From Candidatus Zixiibacteriota bacterium (GTDB lineage Bacteria > Zixibacteria > MSB-5A5 > WJJR01), in the NCBI GenBank assembly GCA_036170655.1, contig JAVHPP010000151.1, positions 1-29,550 of the forward strand: a stretch of 29,550 nt of DNA, written 5' to 3'. Positions 9,399 through 17,421 of the stretch are shown here, piece by piece. The notes under the pieces are model-generated. The model made no database searches. It was not told where the DNA came from and was given only the letters and a program-made list of their open reading frames with translations. The first letter of the stretch is position 1, and every line of letters starts with the position of its first letter. Both the position numbers and the translations under genes were made by a program.

Positions 9399-10807
9399 CG
9401 ATCCAATTCCCCGGCGATCATGTTGATCGATCCAAATGTGGCAACAACGTCGGCGATCATGCCGCCGATCAGCATACGATCCAGGCCCTGCATGAGGTAG
9501 TAGCAGGGAGGACGGCAGTGCACGCGATAGGCCCGTCCTGTCCCGTCAGATACCATGTAAAAGCCCAATTCACCGTTGGCCGCCTCATTGGCAACGTAGA
9601 TTTCGCCGGCTGGTGGCTTGATGCCTTCGCCTTCCATGATCAGCATAAAGTGGTTCATCAGCCCTTCGATGTTGCCATACGTGTTTTCTTTGGGTGGAAG
9701 AAGGACATCCTTCGCCGGGGCATTGATCCCCCGGGCAGAGAGCTTGTCGCCCCCTTCCAGGGTCGGATCAACCCGGACCGTACGCAGCAGGAGATTAGCG
9801 GTCATGCCCATCTTCGCCGCGTCGACCATTTCGGCGCCGGTCAATGGCCGGCTATTCAGATCCACTTGAACGGCGCCGCTTGGAATCTGCGCGATCGCCT
9901 GACGGATGATCCGCGCCGACTGTCGCATTTCCTCCATGCGAACGAGGTAGCGGTCGTAGTTGTCGCCCACGGCGCCGACCGGCACATCAAAATCGAACCG
10001 GTCATAGACGAGATAGGGTTCGTCTTTGCGCAGATCGCGGGGCATTCCCGTTGACCGGAGGACCGGCCCCGTGAATCCCAGAGACCAAGCCTCCTCCGAG
10101 GAGATGCGTCCGACGTCTTTTACACGGTCAATGAAGATTCTATTGCGTGTCAGGAGCCGGTCAACCTCGTCCATCTCGACCATTACCTTATCAAGCGCCC
10201 TATCCAGCCGGTCGAGCCATCCTTCCGGCAGGTCGCCCTTGACGCCGCCCACGCGCACATAGGAGACGGTCAGCCGCGCGCCGGTGACTTCTTCCACCAG
10301 TTCGTAGAGATACTCACGGGCCTTCATCAGATAGATGAAGGCGGTCATGGCGCCCAACTCCATCGCGGTGGCGGCAATGCACGTCAGGTGGTCCGTGATC
10401 CGTGAAACTTCCGAGATCAGGACGCGGATGTAGTCGCAGCGCTCGGTGGGGTGAATGTCCAGAAGTTTCTCCACGCCCATGGCATAGGCGACGTTATTGA
10501 TCAGCGGCGAAACATAATTGAGGCGGTCTGTATAGGGGAACACCTGACCCCACCCGACGACTTCACATTCCTTTTCGAAGGCGCGGTGTAGGTACCCGAT
10601 CTCGATGTCGGCGCTCACAACCTTTTCCCCATCCAGTTCGGTGATGATTCGAATCACCCCGTGCATGGCCGGGTGCGACGGCCCGATGTTCAGCAACATA
10701 GACCGTGTCGTCAGCTCTTGAGTCTGACTCACCTCGCCACTGGCGGGGATCGGCGATGATTGGATGGTGGCTTCTGTCACGCGGGCAGCGAACGGATGAA
10801 AGGTCAA
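9395..10807 (-). CDS. nuoD: NADH-quinone oxidoreductase subunit D, copy 1 (with internal insertion); start codon uncertain
   Basis: [40 protein letters not shown]-terminal IAGELDR; TTG start overlaps the nuoC1 stop (TTGA), downstream GTG starts also possible. Confidence 0.94.
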   Translation of the reverse strand: MTFHPFAARVTEATIQSSPIPASGEVSQTQELTTRSMLLNIGPSHPAMHGVIRIITELDGEKVVSADIEIGYLHRAFEKECEVVGWGQVFPYTDRLNYVSPLINNVAYAMGVEKLLDIHPTERCDYIRVLISEVSRITDHLTCIAATAMELGAMTAFIYLMKAREYLYELVEEVTGARLTVSYVRVGGVKGDLPEGWLDRLDRALDKVMVEMDEVDRLLTRNRIFIDRVKDVGRISSEEAWSLGFTGPVLRSTGMPRDLRKDEPYLVYDRFDFDVPVGAVGDNYDRYLVRMEEMRQSARIIRQAIAQIPSGAVQVDLNSRPLTGAEMVDAAKMGMTANLLLRTVRVDPTLEGGDKLSARGINAPAKDVLLPPKENTYGNIEGLMNHFMLIMEGEGIKPPAGEIYVANEAANGELGFYMVSDGTGRAYRVHCRPPCYYLMQGLDRMLIGGMIADVVATFGSINMIAGELDR

Positions 10808-11337
10808 AACAACATGCCAGGACGATCATCGGAAAGGGGCCGTTCCGGAATTAATGGTTGCCTCTTGTTGACAGGATAATCTTTGCGTAACGGGTGTCCC
10901 GCAAATTCCTCGTACAGGAGGATCCGCTTCAAGTTGGGGTGTCCTTCAAAGCGCACGCCGAACATGTCGTAGACCTCTCGTTCGGGCCAATTGGCGGCCG
11001 GGTAGATATCCACAACCGACGCGACGACCGGGTCATGGTCGGACTCCGGCCGCGTCTTGAGACGAAAGCGCGCGTTCCTCGCTCGGGAATACAGGTGTAG
11101 GATAATCTCAAAGCGCGGTTTTTGTTTCAACTTGAGGCGGTCGACCGCGGTCAAATCAGCCAGAAAATCGAAGTCGCATACGGGGTCATCGCGAAGAAAC
11201 CGCACCGCGGCGTGGTAGCTCGCAGCTTGGACCACGGCGGTTACATCACCGCGAAATTCATGCGTCTCAACGATGGCGGTGCCAAATTGCTCGCGCAACT
11301 GCATCAGAACGGGATGGTCGATTGGCGTGTCTGTCAT
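10804..11337 (-). CDS. nuoC: NADH-quinone oxidoreductase subunit C, copy 1
   Basis: [41 protein letters not shown]. Confidence 0.95.
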   Translation of the reverse strand: MTDTPIDHPVLMQLREQFGTAIVETHEFRGDVTAVVQAASYHAAVRFLRDDPVCDFDFLADLTAVDRLKLKQKPRFEIILHLYSRARNARFRLKTRPESDHDPVVASVVDIYPAANWPEREVYDMFGVRFEGHPNLKRILLYEEFAGHPLRKDYPVNKRQPLIPERPLSDDRPGMLF

Positions 11338-11361
11338 GATCCCACCGAGCTCATTGGCAAT

Positions 11362-11853
11362 TCAAGCCGAGCGTACTGGTCCAACGAGTTCATGGTGTTG
11401 CTTCTGGATTTTCGCCTGCAACTTCATCAGCGCATCCAACACAGTTTCTGGACGTGGCGGACACCCCGGAATGTAGCAGTCGACGGGGATGATACGGTCG
11501 ATTCCTTGCACGGTGGCGTAGTTGTCGTAGAACCCGCCCGTACAGGTGCAGACCCCAAAGGCCACGACCCATTTGGGCTCGCACATCTGTTCATAGACCC
11601 GATTCAGGACCGGCGCCATCTTCTGCGAGATTGTCCCGACAACCAGAAGCATGTCGGCCTGACGTGGGGAAAACCTGGGCCATGCCGCTCCAAAGCGATC
11701 GAGATCGTAATGGGCTGACGAAACCGACATGTATTCCATTCCACAACAGGCGGTTACAAAGGGATAGGGGAACAGAGACCACTTGCGTGCCCAAGCGATC
11801 CCGTCCGACAGCCGTGACGTCAAAAACCCCGGTCTTTCGCCTTCTACTCCCAC
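11362..11853 (-). CDS. nuoB: NADH-quinone oxidoreductase subunit B, copy 1
   Basis: TACCGMEY, FSPRQAD, GCPPRPE; GTG start at 11853 with GGGAG RBS, overlapping the nuoA end (GTGGGAGTAG). Confidence 0.94.
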   Translation of the reverse strand: MGVEGERPGFLTSRLSDGIAWARKWSLFPYPFVTACCGMEYMSVSSAHYDLDRFGAAWPRFSPRQADMLLVVGTISQKMAPVLNRVYEQMCEPKWVVAFGVCTCTGGFYDNYATVQGIDRIIPVDCYIPGCPPRPETVLDALMKLQAKIQKQHHELVGPVRSA

Positions 11854-12197
11854 CGAAGCGCTCCCTTTTTCCAGACATACCATAAGGCTATTGCCAACAC
11901 GCCGACGAATACGACCATCGATGTGAGCGCCCTCAAACCGACTTCACGAAACACAACAGCCCAAGGAAAGAAAAAGGCCAGATCGATGTCAAAAACTACA
12001 AACAGAATCGCGATGAGGTAGAACTTGACCCCAAAACAGTCGCCGGGGGGACTGAATGGGGACACGCCACACTCAAAAGGGCTTTGCTTGATCGGGGTGC
12101 GATTCTTGGGTCCCAGAACAGCCCCGAGAACCCACATCGCACCGACGACCGCGCCAACAAAGGCGATGACGACCAGCAGCGGCCAATAGTGATAAAT
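11844..12197 (-). CDS. nuoA: NADH-quinone oxidoreductase subunit A, probable ATT start
   Basis: SPFECG, KFYLIAILFVVFDID, FFFPWA, KKGALRWE; first TM helix YWPLLVVIAFVGAVVG lies upstream of the first ATG; in-frame TGA at 12201-12203. Confidence 0.9.
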   Translation of the reverse strand: MYHYWPLLVVIAFVGAVVGAMWVLGAVLGPKNRTPIKQSPFECGVSPFSPPGDCFGVKFYLIAILFVVFDIDLAFFFPWAVVFREVGLRALTSMVVFVGVLAIALWYVWKKGALRWE

Positions 12198-12283
12198 TTC
12201 TCAAACCTCGCGAAAAGACCGGAACGACCAAAGTCGCTCTCAGCGCAGCCAAGACAACAACGCAGGCGTCAGCTGCAAAGCCA

Positions 12284-12544
12284 TCACTTCTGGAAATGAT
12301 CCGCGTTCTTCGCGGTGTAATCGACCCACTTCTCCGGAACTTCGCTCTCTTCGAAGATGGCCTCGACGGGACAGGCCGGGACACAAGCGCCACAGTCGAT
12401 GCACTCGGCGGGGTCGATATAGAGCATCTCGGCCGCCTCAAACTCGGACTCGTCCTTGGTCGGGTGGATACAGTCAACGGGACAGGCATCCACGCAGGCG
12501 GTGTCTTTGGTGCCGATGCAGGGTTCGCAGATTACGTAGGTCAT
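12284..12544 (-). CDS. Ferredoxin, FdxA/7Fe-like
   Basis: MTYVICEPCIGTKDTACVDACPVDCIH...IDPAECIDCGACVPACPVEAI; AAGGAGG RBS. Confidence 0.95.
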   Translation of the reverse strand: MTYVICEPCIGTKDTACVDACPVDCIHPTKDESEFEAAEMLYIDPAECIDCGACVPACPVEAIFEESEVPEKWVDYTAKNADHFQK

Positions 12545-12593
12545 GGGACATCTCCTCCTTGGTTTCCAGTTATTGTCCGGTCAACAGGCGGCC

Positions 12594-12622
12594 AGTCTAA
12601 TGGTCCGTCCCCCGAGTCGCAA
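12594..12622 (-). promoter_or_regulatory. Sigma70-type promoter for the fdx-nuo cluster
   Basis: TTGCGA-17 nt-TAGACT about 50 nt upstream of the ferredoxin ATG. Confidence 0.6.
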
Positions 12623-13010
12623 GCAAAACTTCATGTCCCATTGCCTGGCTCTTCATCACTCACCGTCTGACGGAACTGCCGGAATGTTGTTGGTGACAAA
12701 ATCATGCAACCTGACGGACGAAATGAACCTTTGTCGGCGGTTGATCAGGGTCTCCATTGCCCTGCGGATGTTGCAACGGCAAAATGGCCGATAGGTCTCT
12801 TCGCATTCTACGTACAGACATCGGTTCGGGGAACTTGTCAAAGACCTTAACCACATTGGCGAGAGTCAGTTCAGACGGGTTACAATGCAGCGAATAATCT
12901 CCTCATCTTCTCCTGATAGGAACGGATAAACCCGCCTTTCCTCATGCTGTACAACACGTTGGCAAGCGATGTGGTCGGCATGGGGATGGTGTGGCATGGA
13001 TAGAGCCGGT

Positions 13011-13113
13011 GAGCCCCATCTACCTGATCTCTAAAAGTCAGCGAGGATCGGAGCTCTGACGGTCGACCGTGGCGAGGTGCTCCCGCTACCGCCTTGCGGT
13101 GGTAATGGGGTTT
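13011..13113 (+). ncRNA. Candidate structured RNA (four-way junction), family not recognised
   Basis: Closing stem AGCCCCAT/ATGGGGTT enclosing three hairpins: CTGA..TCAG; GGAGC..GCTCC with inner ACGGTCGACCGT; TACCGCC-TTGC-GGTGGTA. Confidence 0.35.
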
Positions 13114-13150
13114 GTCGTGATGTTCGCCCGGCGGTCTTGCGGAGGGTTTT

Positions 13151-13804
13151 CTATAACCCCTTGCCGATGCGGTCCCAGCGGACTCGGTTGGGGAAGTGAG
13201 CGATGTTGTAGAAAGGGATGGCCAAGAGCGGCCAGATATAAGGGCTTTCCCACTGTGGGGCCTTGGGATCAGGCGCCCATGACCAGTAAACAAACGCGGC
13301 CCGTCCACGGATGAGCGATTTGTCCAGAAATCCCCAGATCCGCGAGTCCTGCGAATCATCGCGATTGTCCCCGAGCATGAACACACAACCCGGGGGTACG
13401 GTCACCGGGCCGAAATTGTCGCGATTGGATAATTCCCTGGGCTGGACATGCGGGTCCTGAAAGTGTACTCCCGACGCATTTGGCTTGACTTGATTGTCGA
13501 CGTAGATCGTCTTGTCACGGATTTCGACGGTCTGCCCCTCGACCGCGATGCAGCGCTTCACATAATCCTTTGATGGATTCAGCGGATACTTGAAGACGAC
13601 GACATCACCAGGTCTCGGTTCCCGGAAGTGGTAGGTGAACTTATTGACCAGGATGAAGTCGCCGATCTGCAGTGTGTCCTGCATGGAATCGGAGGGGATC
13701 CGGTACGCCTGCACAACAAACGCGCGGAGCACAAAGGCGATAATGACGGCGACCAGGATCGCCTCGAGATACTCACGCGCCGTTCCTTTGACCCTTCTGT
13801 GCAC
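13151..13804 (-). CDS. lepB: Signal peptidase I
   Basis: TM anchor, IPSDSM (Ser), DYVKR (Lys), GDNRDDSQDSR; GTG start with AGGAG RBS. Confidence 0.96.
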   Translation of the reverse strand: MHRRVKGTAREYLEAILVAVIIAFVLRAFVVQAYRIPSDSMQDTLQIGDFILVNKFTYHFREPRPGDVVVFKYPLNPSKDYVKRCIAVEGQTVEIRDKTIYVDNQVKPNASGVHFQDPHVQPRELSNRDNFGPVTVPPGCVFMLGDNRDDSQDSRIWGFLDKSLIRGRAAFVYWSWAPDPKAPQWESPYIWPLLAIPFYNIAHFPNRVRWDRIGKGL

Positions 13805-14056
13805 GGTTGACTCCTACGGAGACACCGGCTCACCACGAGCGGTCGGGTCTCTTATCCAATACATCGGCGGATTCGCGCCTTTTTTGAGGGTCTTTGATAA
13901 CTCGAGATGGAAAGATGGCGGCGTATTGTACTGTTTTTATCCGATTACGAAGTCCGTCCTACGGACAGCCGTGACTGGGGCCGTCTGTCGAATGGTGTTC
14001 CCCGCGGTGGGCCGCAGGTATTCCCGATCGCGTGTTGGAGGATCAGCGCATACGTG

Positions 14057-14143
14057 TGGCGGAGGGCCGGGGATTCGAACCCCGATAGGCTTGCGCCTGG
14101 CGGTTTTCAAGACCGCTGCCTTACCAGTTAGGTCTAGCCCTCC
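14057..14143 (-). tRNA. tRNA-Ser (anticodon TGA), CCA encoded
   Basis: GGAGGGC acceptor stem; anticodon arm GCGGT-CTTGAAA-ACCGC; long variable arm; GGTTCGAATCC T-arm; ends GCCA. Confidence 0.97.
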
Positions 14144-14228
14144 GTGTCAGACGCGACATCTCTTCCGAGATCACCTGCATGCCTAAAGATTCCGCCGATC
14201 GCGCCGTGAGTCAACACTCTGATGTGTG

Positions 14229-14678
14229 TCAGCGGGTCTGCCTTCGGCGGATGCCGTCCTTCTCGACCGTCACCTCGATGGCGATTCCTCCCCGCACATT
14301 GAACCGCCCGGTGACCTTGATCCATCGGGGTCGCAAGAAATCGCAGAGTGCATCAAGCAGTTCGTTGACAACATCTTCGTGGAAAATCCCCACGTCACGG
14401 TATGTCCACAAGTAGAGCTTGAGCGACTTGCTTTCCAGGATCCGTCGATCCGGAATGTAGGAAATCTCAAATTCGCCGAAGTCTGGTTGTCCGGTGACCG
14501 GGCAGACACACGTGAATTCGTTGCAGTGAAATGTCACGACTGTGTCCCGATCGGGATACGAGTTAGGGAAGGACTCGAGCTGGCGCTTGGGTGCAGCCGA
14601 TCCGTGTCCCAACTCAGTCAATCCGTTTATCTTACGGCGCCTTGTGGGGTTCGGACTTTGTTCTCTTGTCTTAGGCAT
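14229..14678 (-). CDS. queF: preQ0 reductase (unimodular QueF)
   Basis: EFTCVCPVTGQPDF, ESKSLKLYL, GIFHE, FNVRGGI; AAGGA RBS before ATG 14678. Confidence 0.95.
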   Translation of the reverse strand: MPKTREQSPNPTRRRKINGLTELGHGSAAPKRQLESFPNSYPDRDTVVTFHCNEFTCVCPVTGQPDFGEFEISYIPDRRILESKSLKLYLWTYRDVGIFHEDVVNELLDALCDFLRPRWIKVTGRFNVRGGIAIEVTVEKDGIRRRQTR

Positions 14679-14689
14679 GGCTAATGTCC

Positions 14690-15403
14690 TTAGTCCTCTC
14701 CGCGGAAGATGCATCCGGTTGTGCACGTTTCCCGAACAAGAATTTCGCCGGGTCTGTATCCTCTTCCATCCAACTGCATCCAGAACCATCGCGCCAGATA
14801 TTCCGATGTCGGGTTTTCCAGTCCGGCAATTTTGTTGAGGAGCCGGTGGTCCACTCCTCGATAGATTTCGCCCAGCAATCTGATCAATTCCTCTTGGGCA
14901 GAACCTGGCCCCGCCACCGTGAGGCGAAAACTGTGCCCATGCATCCGATGGCATTTATGCTCCTGGGGCAGCTGAGGAAGAAAGTGGGCGGCGGCGAATC
15001 CGAACCCCACATGCTTGATGTCAGCTACCGGATCATCGGGTTGTCGCACCAGCGGTTTGAAGCACGTGTCTCCGCTGATGGCGACTTCACAGCCGGTGAA
15101 CAACGGAACCGATGCGCAAAGACGCGTGGCAATCCAGCGCTGGACATCGGTCAGCGACGTGCTGGTCATCCCCTCGACATCGTTGAGGTTTCGGTGATCG
15201 AGGGCGCCAATGACCGGCGCGCAGATCTGCTTGATGTTGCCGAAGTCTACAAGCCAGCCAAGATGAGGATCAACCGGACCGGTCAGCTTCACTCTGGCTC
15301 TGTACGAGTGACCGTGCAAACGCGAGTTGGCCTCAGAAGCTCCTGCCGAGCAGTTGCGATGCGCCGCCTCGAAGGTGAAATCGCGGTAAAGGGTAACGAT
15401 CAT
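14690..15403 (-). CDS. queD: 6-carboxytetrahydropterin synthase with two tandem QueD domains
   Basis: Two FxAAH...HGHS repeats (FEAAHRN...[15 protein letters not shown]...CHRMHGHSF); inside que operon, ATGA overlap with queC. Confidence 0.88.
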   Translation of the reverse strand: MIVTLYRDFTFEAAHRNCSAGASEANSRLHGHSYRARVKLTGPVDPHLGWLVDFGNIKQICAPVIGALDHRNLNDVEGMTSTSLTDVQRWIATRLCASVPLFTGCEVAISGDTCFKPLVRQPDDPVADIKHVGFGFAAAHFLPQLPQEHKCHRMHGHSFRLTVAGPGSAQEELIRLLGEIYRGVDHRLLNKIAGLENPTSEYLARWFWMQLDGRGYRPGEILVRETCTTGCIFRGED

Positions 15404-16110
15404 CCGTTGGTCTCCGGTTCGGCATAGCGGATGGGATCCGCCATGCCCACTTCGTCGAACGCCCGTCGGCGCAGGATGCAGGCGTCACAGACGCCGCAGG
15501 CAACACCATTCGCGCTGGGCTGGTAGCAACTCACGGTCAATGCGAACGGCACTCCCAAGTCCAGACCGCGCCGCACGATAGCCGCCTTCGTCATGTTGAT
15601 TAGGGGCGCATGGATCGAAAACCGGGTGTGTCCCTCAACACCGGCCCGTGTCGCTATGTTGGCCATCCGTTCGAATGCTTCAAAGTATTCCCCGCGACAG
15701 TCCGGGTAACCGGAGTAATCCAGGGAATGCGCGCCGATAAAGACGTGCCCGCTCCCCAGCGTTTCCGCCCAAGCCATCGCCAGCGAGAGGAAGATTGTGT
15801 TGCGCCCCGGCACATAGGTGATCGGAATATCGCTGCCCATCTGCGCCGGATCCCGCCCTGTGGGTACTTCATGATGAGAAGTCAACGCGGAACCGCCCCA
15901 CTGCGTCAGATCGAGAGTCGATACAACGTGGCGCTGGACTCCAACCGTCTGGGCCACACGGCGAGCGGCCTCGAGTTCGGCACGGTGCCGCTGACCATAG
16001 TCAATGGTCAGCGCACAGAGACGGTACCCTTCTGTCTTGCCAATGGCCAGCGCCACCGCCGAGTCCAAGCCGCCGCTGAGCAACACAACCGCAGCTTCAT
16101 TTATTTTCAT
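15400..16110 (-). CDS. queC: 7-cyano-7-deazaguanine synthase
   Basis: [28 protein letters not shown]...CGVCDAC; ATGA overlap with the queE stop. Confidence 0.96.
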   Translation of the reverse strand: MKINEAAVVLLSGGLDSAVALAIGKTEGYRLCALTIDYGQRHRAELEAARRVAQTVGVQRHVVSTLDLTQWGGSALTSHHEVPTGRDPAQMGSDIPITYVPGRNTIFLSLAMAWAETLGSGHVFIGAHSLDYSGYPDCRGEYFEAFERMANIATRAGVEGHTRFSIHAPLINMTKAAIVRRGLDLGVPFALTVSCYQPSANGVACGVCDACILRRRAFDEVGMADPIRYAEPETNG

Positions 16111-16763
16111 ACACCATGCCGCCTGGGGTCCCAGATGTACTTGTGCATTTGCAGCTGAAAGCGCACGGGCAGTCTGTCTTCCAATATCCACCCCGCCACC
16201 ATCTTTGGCTCCAGCGCCTCGAAGACGGTTGACATCAGCACCGGGCAGCGCTCATGCAGTCTGTACCGGCCCATGATCGCGCGCGCCCATTCATAGTCTT
16301 CGCGTGTACCGATGACGAACTTGACTTCATCGGCCGCTTTGAGCGCATCGATGTTGTCCCAGCACATCTTGTCGCTTTCACCAGACGATGGGCATTTGAT
16401 GTCCATGATCCGAATCGCAGCCGCTGGGAGGTTGCTGATGGGGAGAGCGCCCGAGGTCTCGATGAGCAGGCTGAATCCCGCCGACAGAAGTCTCTCCGCC
16501 AGCGTCACACACCCCTTTTGCAGGAGAGGTTCGCCGCCCGTGATCTCGACAAGTGGAATCTGGAACCCGCGCACCTGATCGACGACACTTTGAATCGTGC
16601 GCCGCTCACCACCGGTAAACGCATACTCGGTATCGCAGTAGGTGCAACGCAGATTGCATCCGGTCAGCCGCACAAAGACACAGGGCAAGCCGGCGTACGA
16701 TGACTCGCCTTGGATGCTGGTGTAGATCTCGTTGACCAGCAAGGATGCCTCTTCCGCATTCAC
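16107..16763 (-). CDS. queE: 7-carboxy-7-deazaguanine synthase (radical SAM)
   Basis: [39 protein letters not shown] start at 16763 inferred from promoter position. Confidence 0.93.
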   Translation of the reverse strand: MNAEEASLLVNEIYTSIQGESSYAGLPCVFVRLTGCNLRCTYCDTEYAFTGGERRTIQSVVDQVRGFQIPLVEITGGEPLLQKGCVTLAERLLSAGFSLLIETSGALPISNLPAAAIRIMDIKCPSSGESDKMCWDNIDALKAADEVKFVIGTREDYEWARAIMGRYRLHERCPVLMSTVFEALEPKMVAGWILEDRLPVRFQLQMHKYIWDPRRHGV

Positions 16764-16770
16764 AGGGGAG

Positions 16771-16799
16771 AAGATAGCGGCCGCAACGACGATTGACAA
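16771..16799 (-). promoter_or_regulatory. Sigma70-type promoter of the que operon (leaderless arrangement)
   Basis: TTGTCA-17 nt-TATCTT, then 7 nt to GTG; no SD sequence. Confidence 0.6.
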
Positions 16800-16842
16800 C
16801 ACGTGGGGCGCGTGAGTGGACGGAAATCCTGTGTCAAAGACG

Positions 16843-16869
16843 GGACAAGGGGCTTCAAGCCCCTTGTCC
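16843..16869. repeat. Perfect 12-bp inverted repeat (REP-like palindrome or terminator hairpin)
   Basis: GGACAAGGGGCT-TCA-AGCCCCTTGTCC just downstream of the DUF35 gene. Confidence 0.7.
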
Positions 16870-16898
16870 GCGACAACGACTTCATCTGTGCGTGGGTG

Positions 16899-17411
16899 TC
16901 AGATGAGTTCCCAGTAGATGTCGAGGCACGTGTGTGTCGCATCTTTCCCGGTGAGAAACTTCGCCCGGACTTTGTCGCCGATCTTGATCGGCTTGCGATC
17001 CACGAGGTAGCCTTTGACGATGGAGCAAACGCCATTCATCTTGACGTCAATCTGGTAGTAGGGACACTCAATTTCCAGCCCTGTCCCGCCGCGTTCAACA
17101 TAGGTGAAGGCGTAAACATATCCCTTCGGCTCCCTGACCTCAGTCCACAGCATGGGCTGGTGACAATCCGGGCAGTCGGCGCGCGGCGGAATCCAAATTT
17201 CCCCTTTGCCATGATAGACCGGGCACTTGGGATTGGTGCAGCGCGTCCCGAGAAGTTTCCCTTCGGTCAGTCCCTTGAAATATGGCGTCAGCAGACCATA
17301 GGTATGAAAATGCGTTCCCTCTTCGCCGAAGCGCGGGACGTGCAGGACCCAGGCGTCACCGGCGGTGTCGATCTTCGACGGTTGCGTTTTCAGATTCACA
17401 CGATCACTCAT
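16899..17411 (-). CDS. DUF35-type Zn-ribbon/OB-fold protein
   Basis: KLLGTRCTNPKC...PPRADCPDC, then OB-fold segment ending IKIGDKVRAKF; AGGAGG RBS; follows thiolase-fold gene. Confidence 0.88.
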   Translation of the reverse strand: MSDRVNLKTQPSKIDTAGDAWVLHVPRFGEEGTHFHTYGLLTPYFKGLTEGKLLGTRCTNPKCPVYHGKGEIWIPPRADCPDCHQPMLWTEVREPKGYVYAFTYVERGGTGLEIECPYYQIDVKMNGVCSIVKGYLVDRKPIKIGDKVRAKFLTGKDATHTCLDIYWELI

Positions 17412-17421
17412 GACTCACCTC

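Noticed and set aside
55..11853. Second B/C/D/I set as a group 4 [NiFe]-hydrogenase
   Set aside because: Neither NuoD has the N- and C-terminal CxxC Ni ligands, and both NuoB have the tandem CC of complex I.
12690..12709. Possible Rex operator upstream of the nuo promoter (TTGGTGACAAAATCATGCAA)
   Set aside because: Only one half-site resembles TTGTGAA-N4-TTCACAA.
12656..12981. Small minus-strand ORFs (MPTTSL..., METLIN...) in the lepB-fdx gap
   Set aside because: No clear RBS or recognisable protein features; cannot be supported from sequence alone.
13024..13049. CTCTAAA loop like a tRNA-Pyl anticodon loop; TCCTCGC (minus) like the HDV ribozyme L3 loop
   Set aside because: No D/T arms or acceptor geometry for a tRNA; the HDV P3 and P1 pairings cannot be formed.
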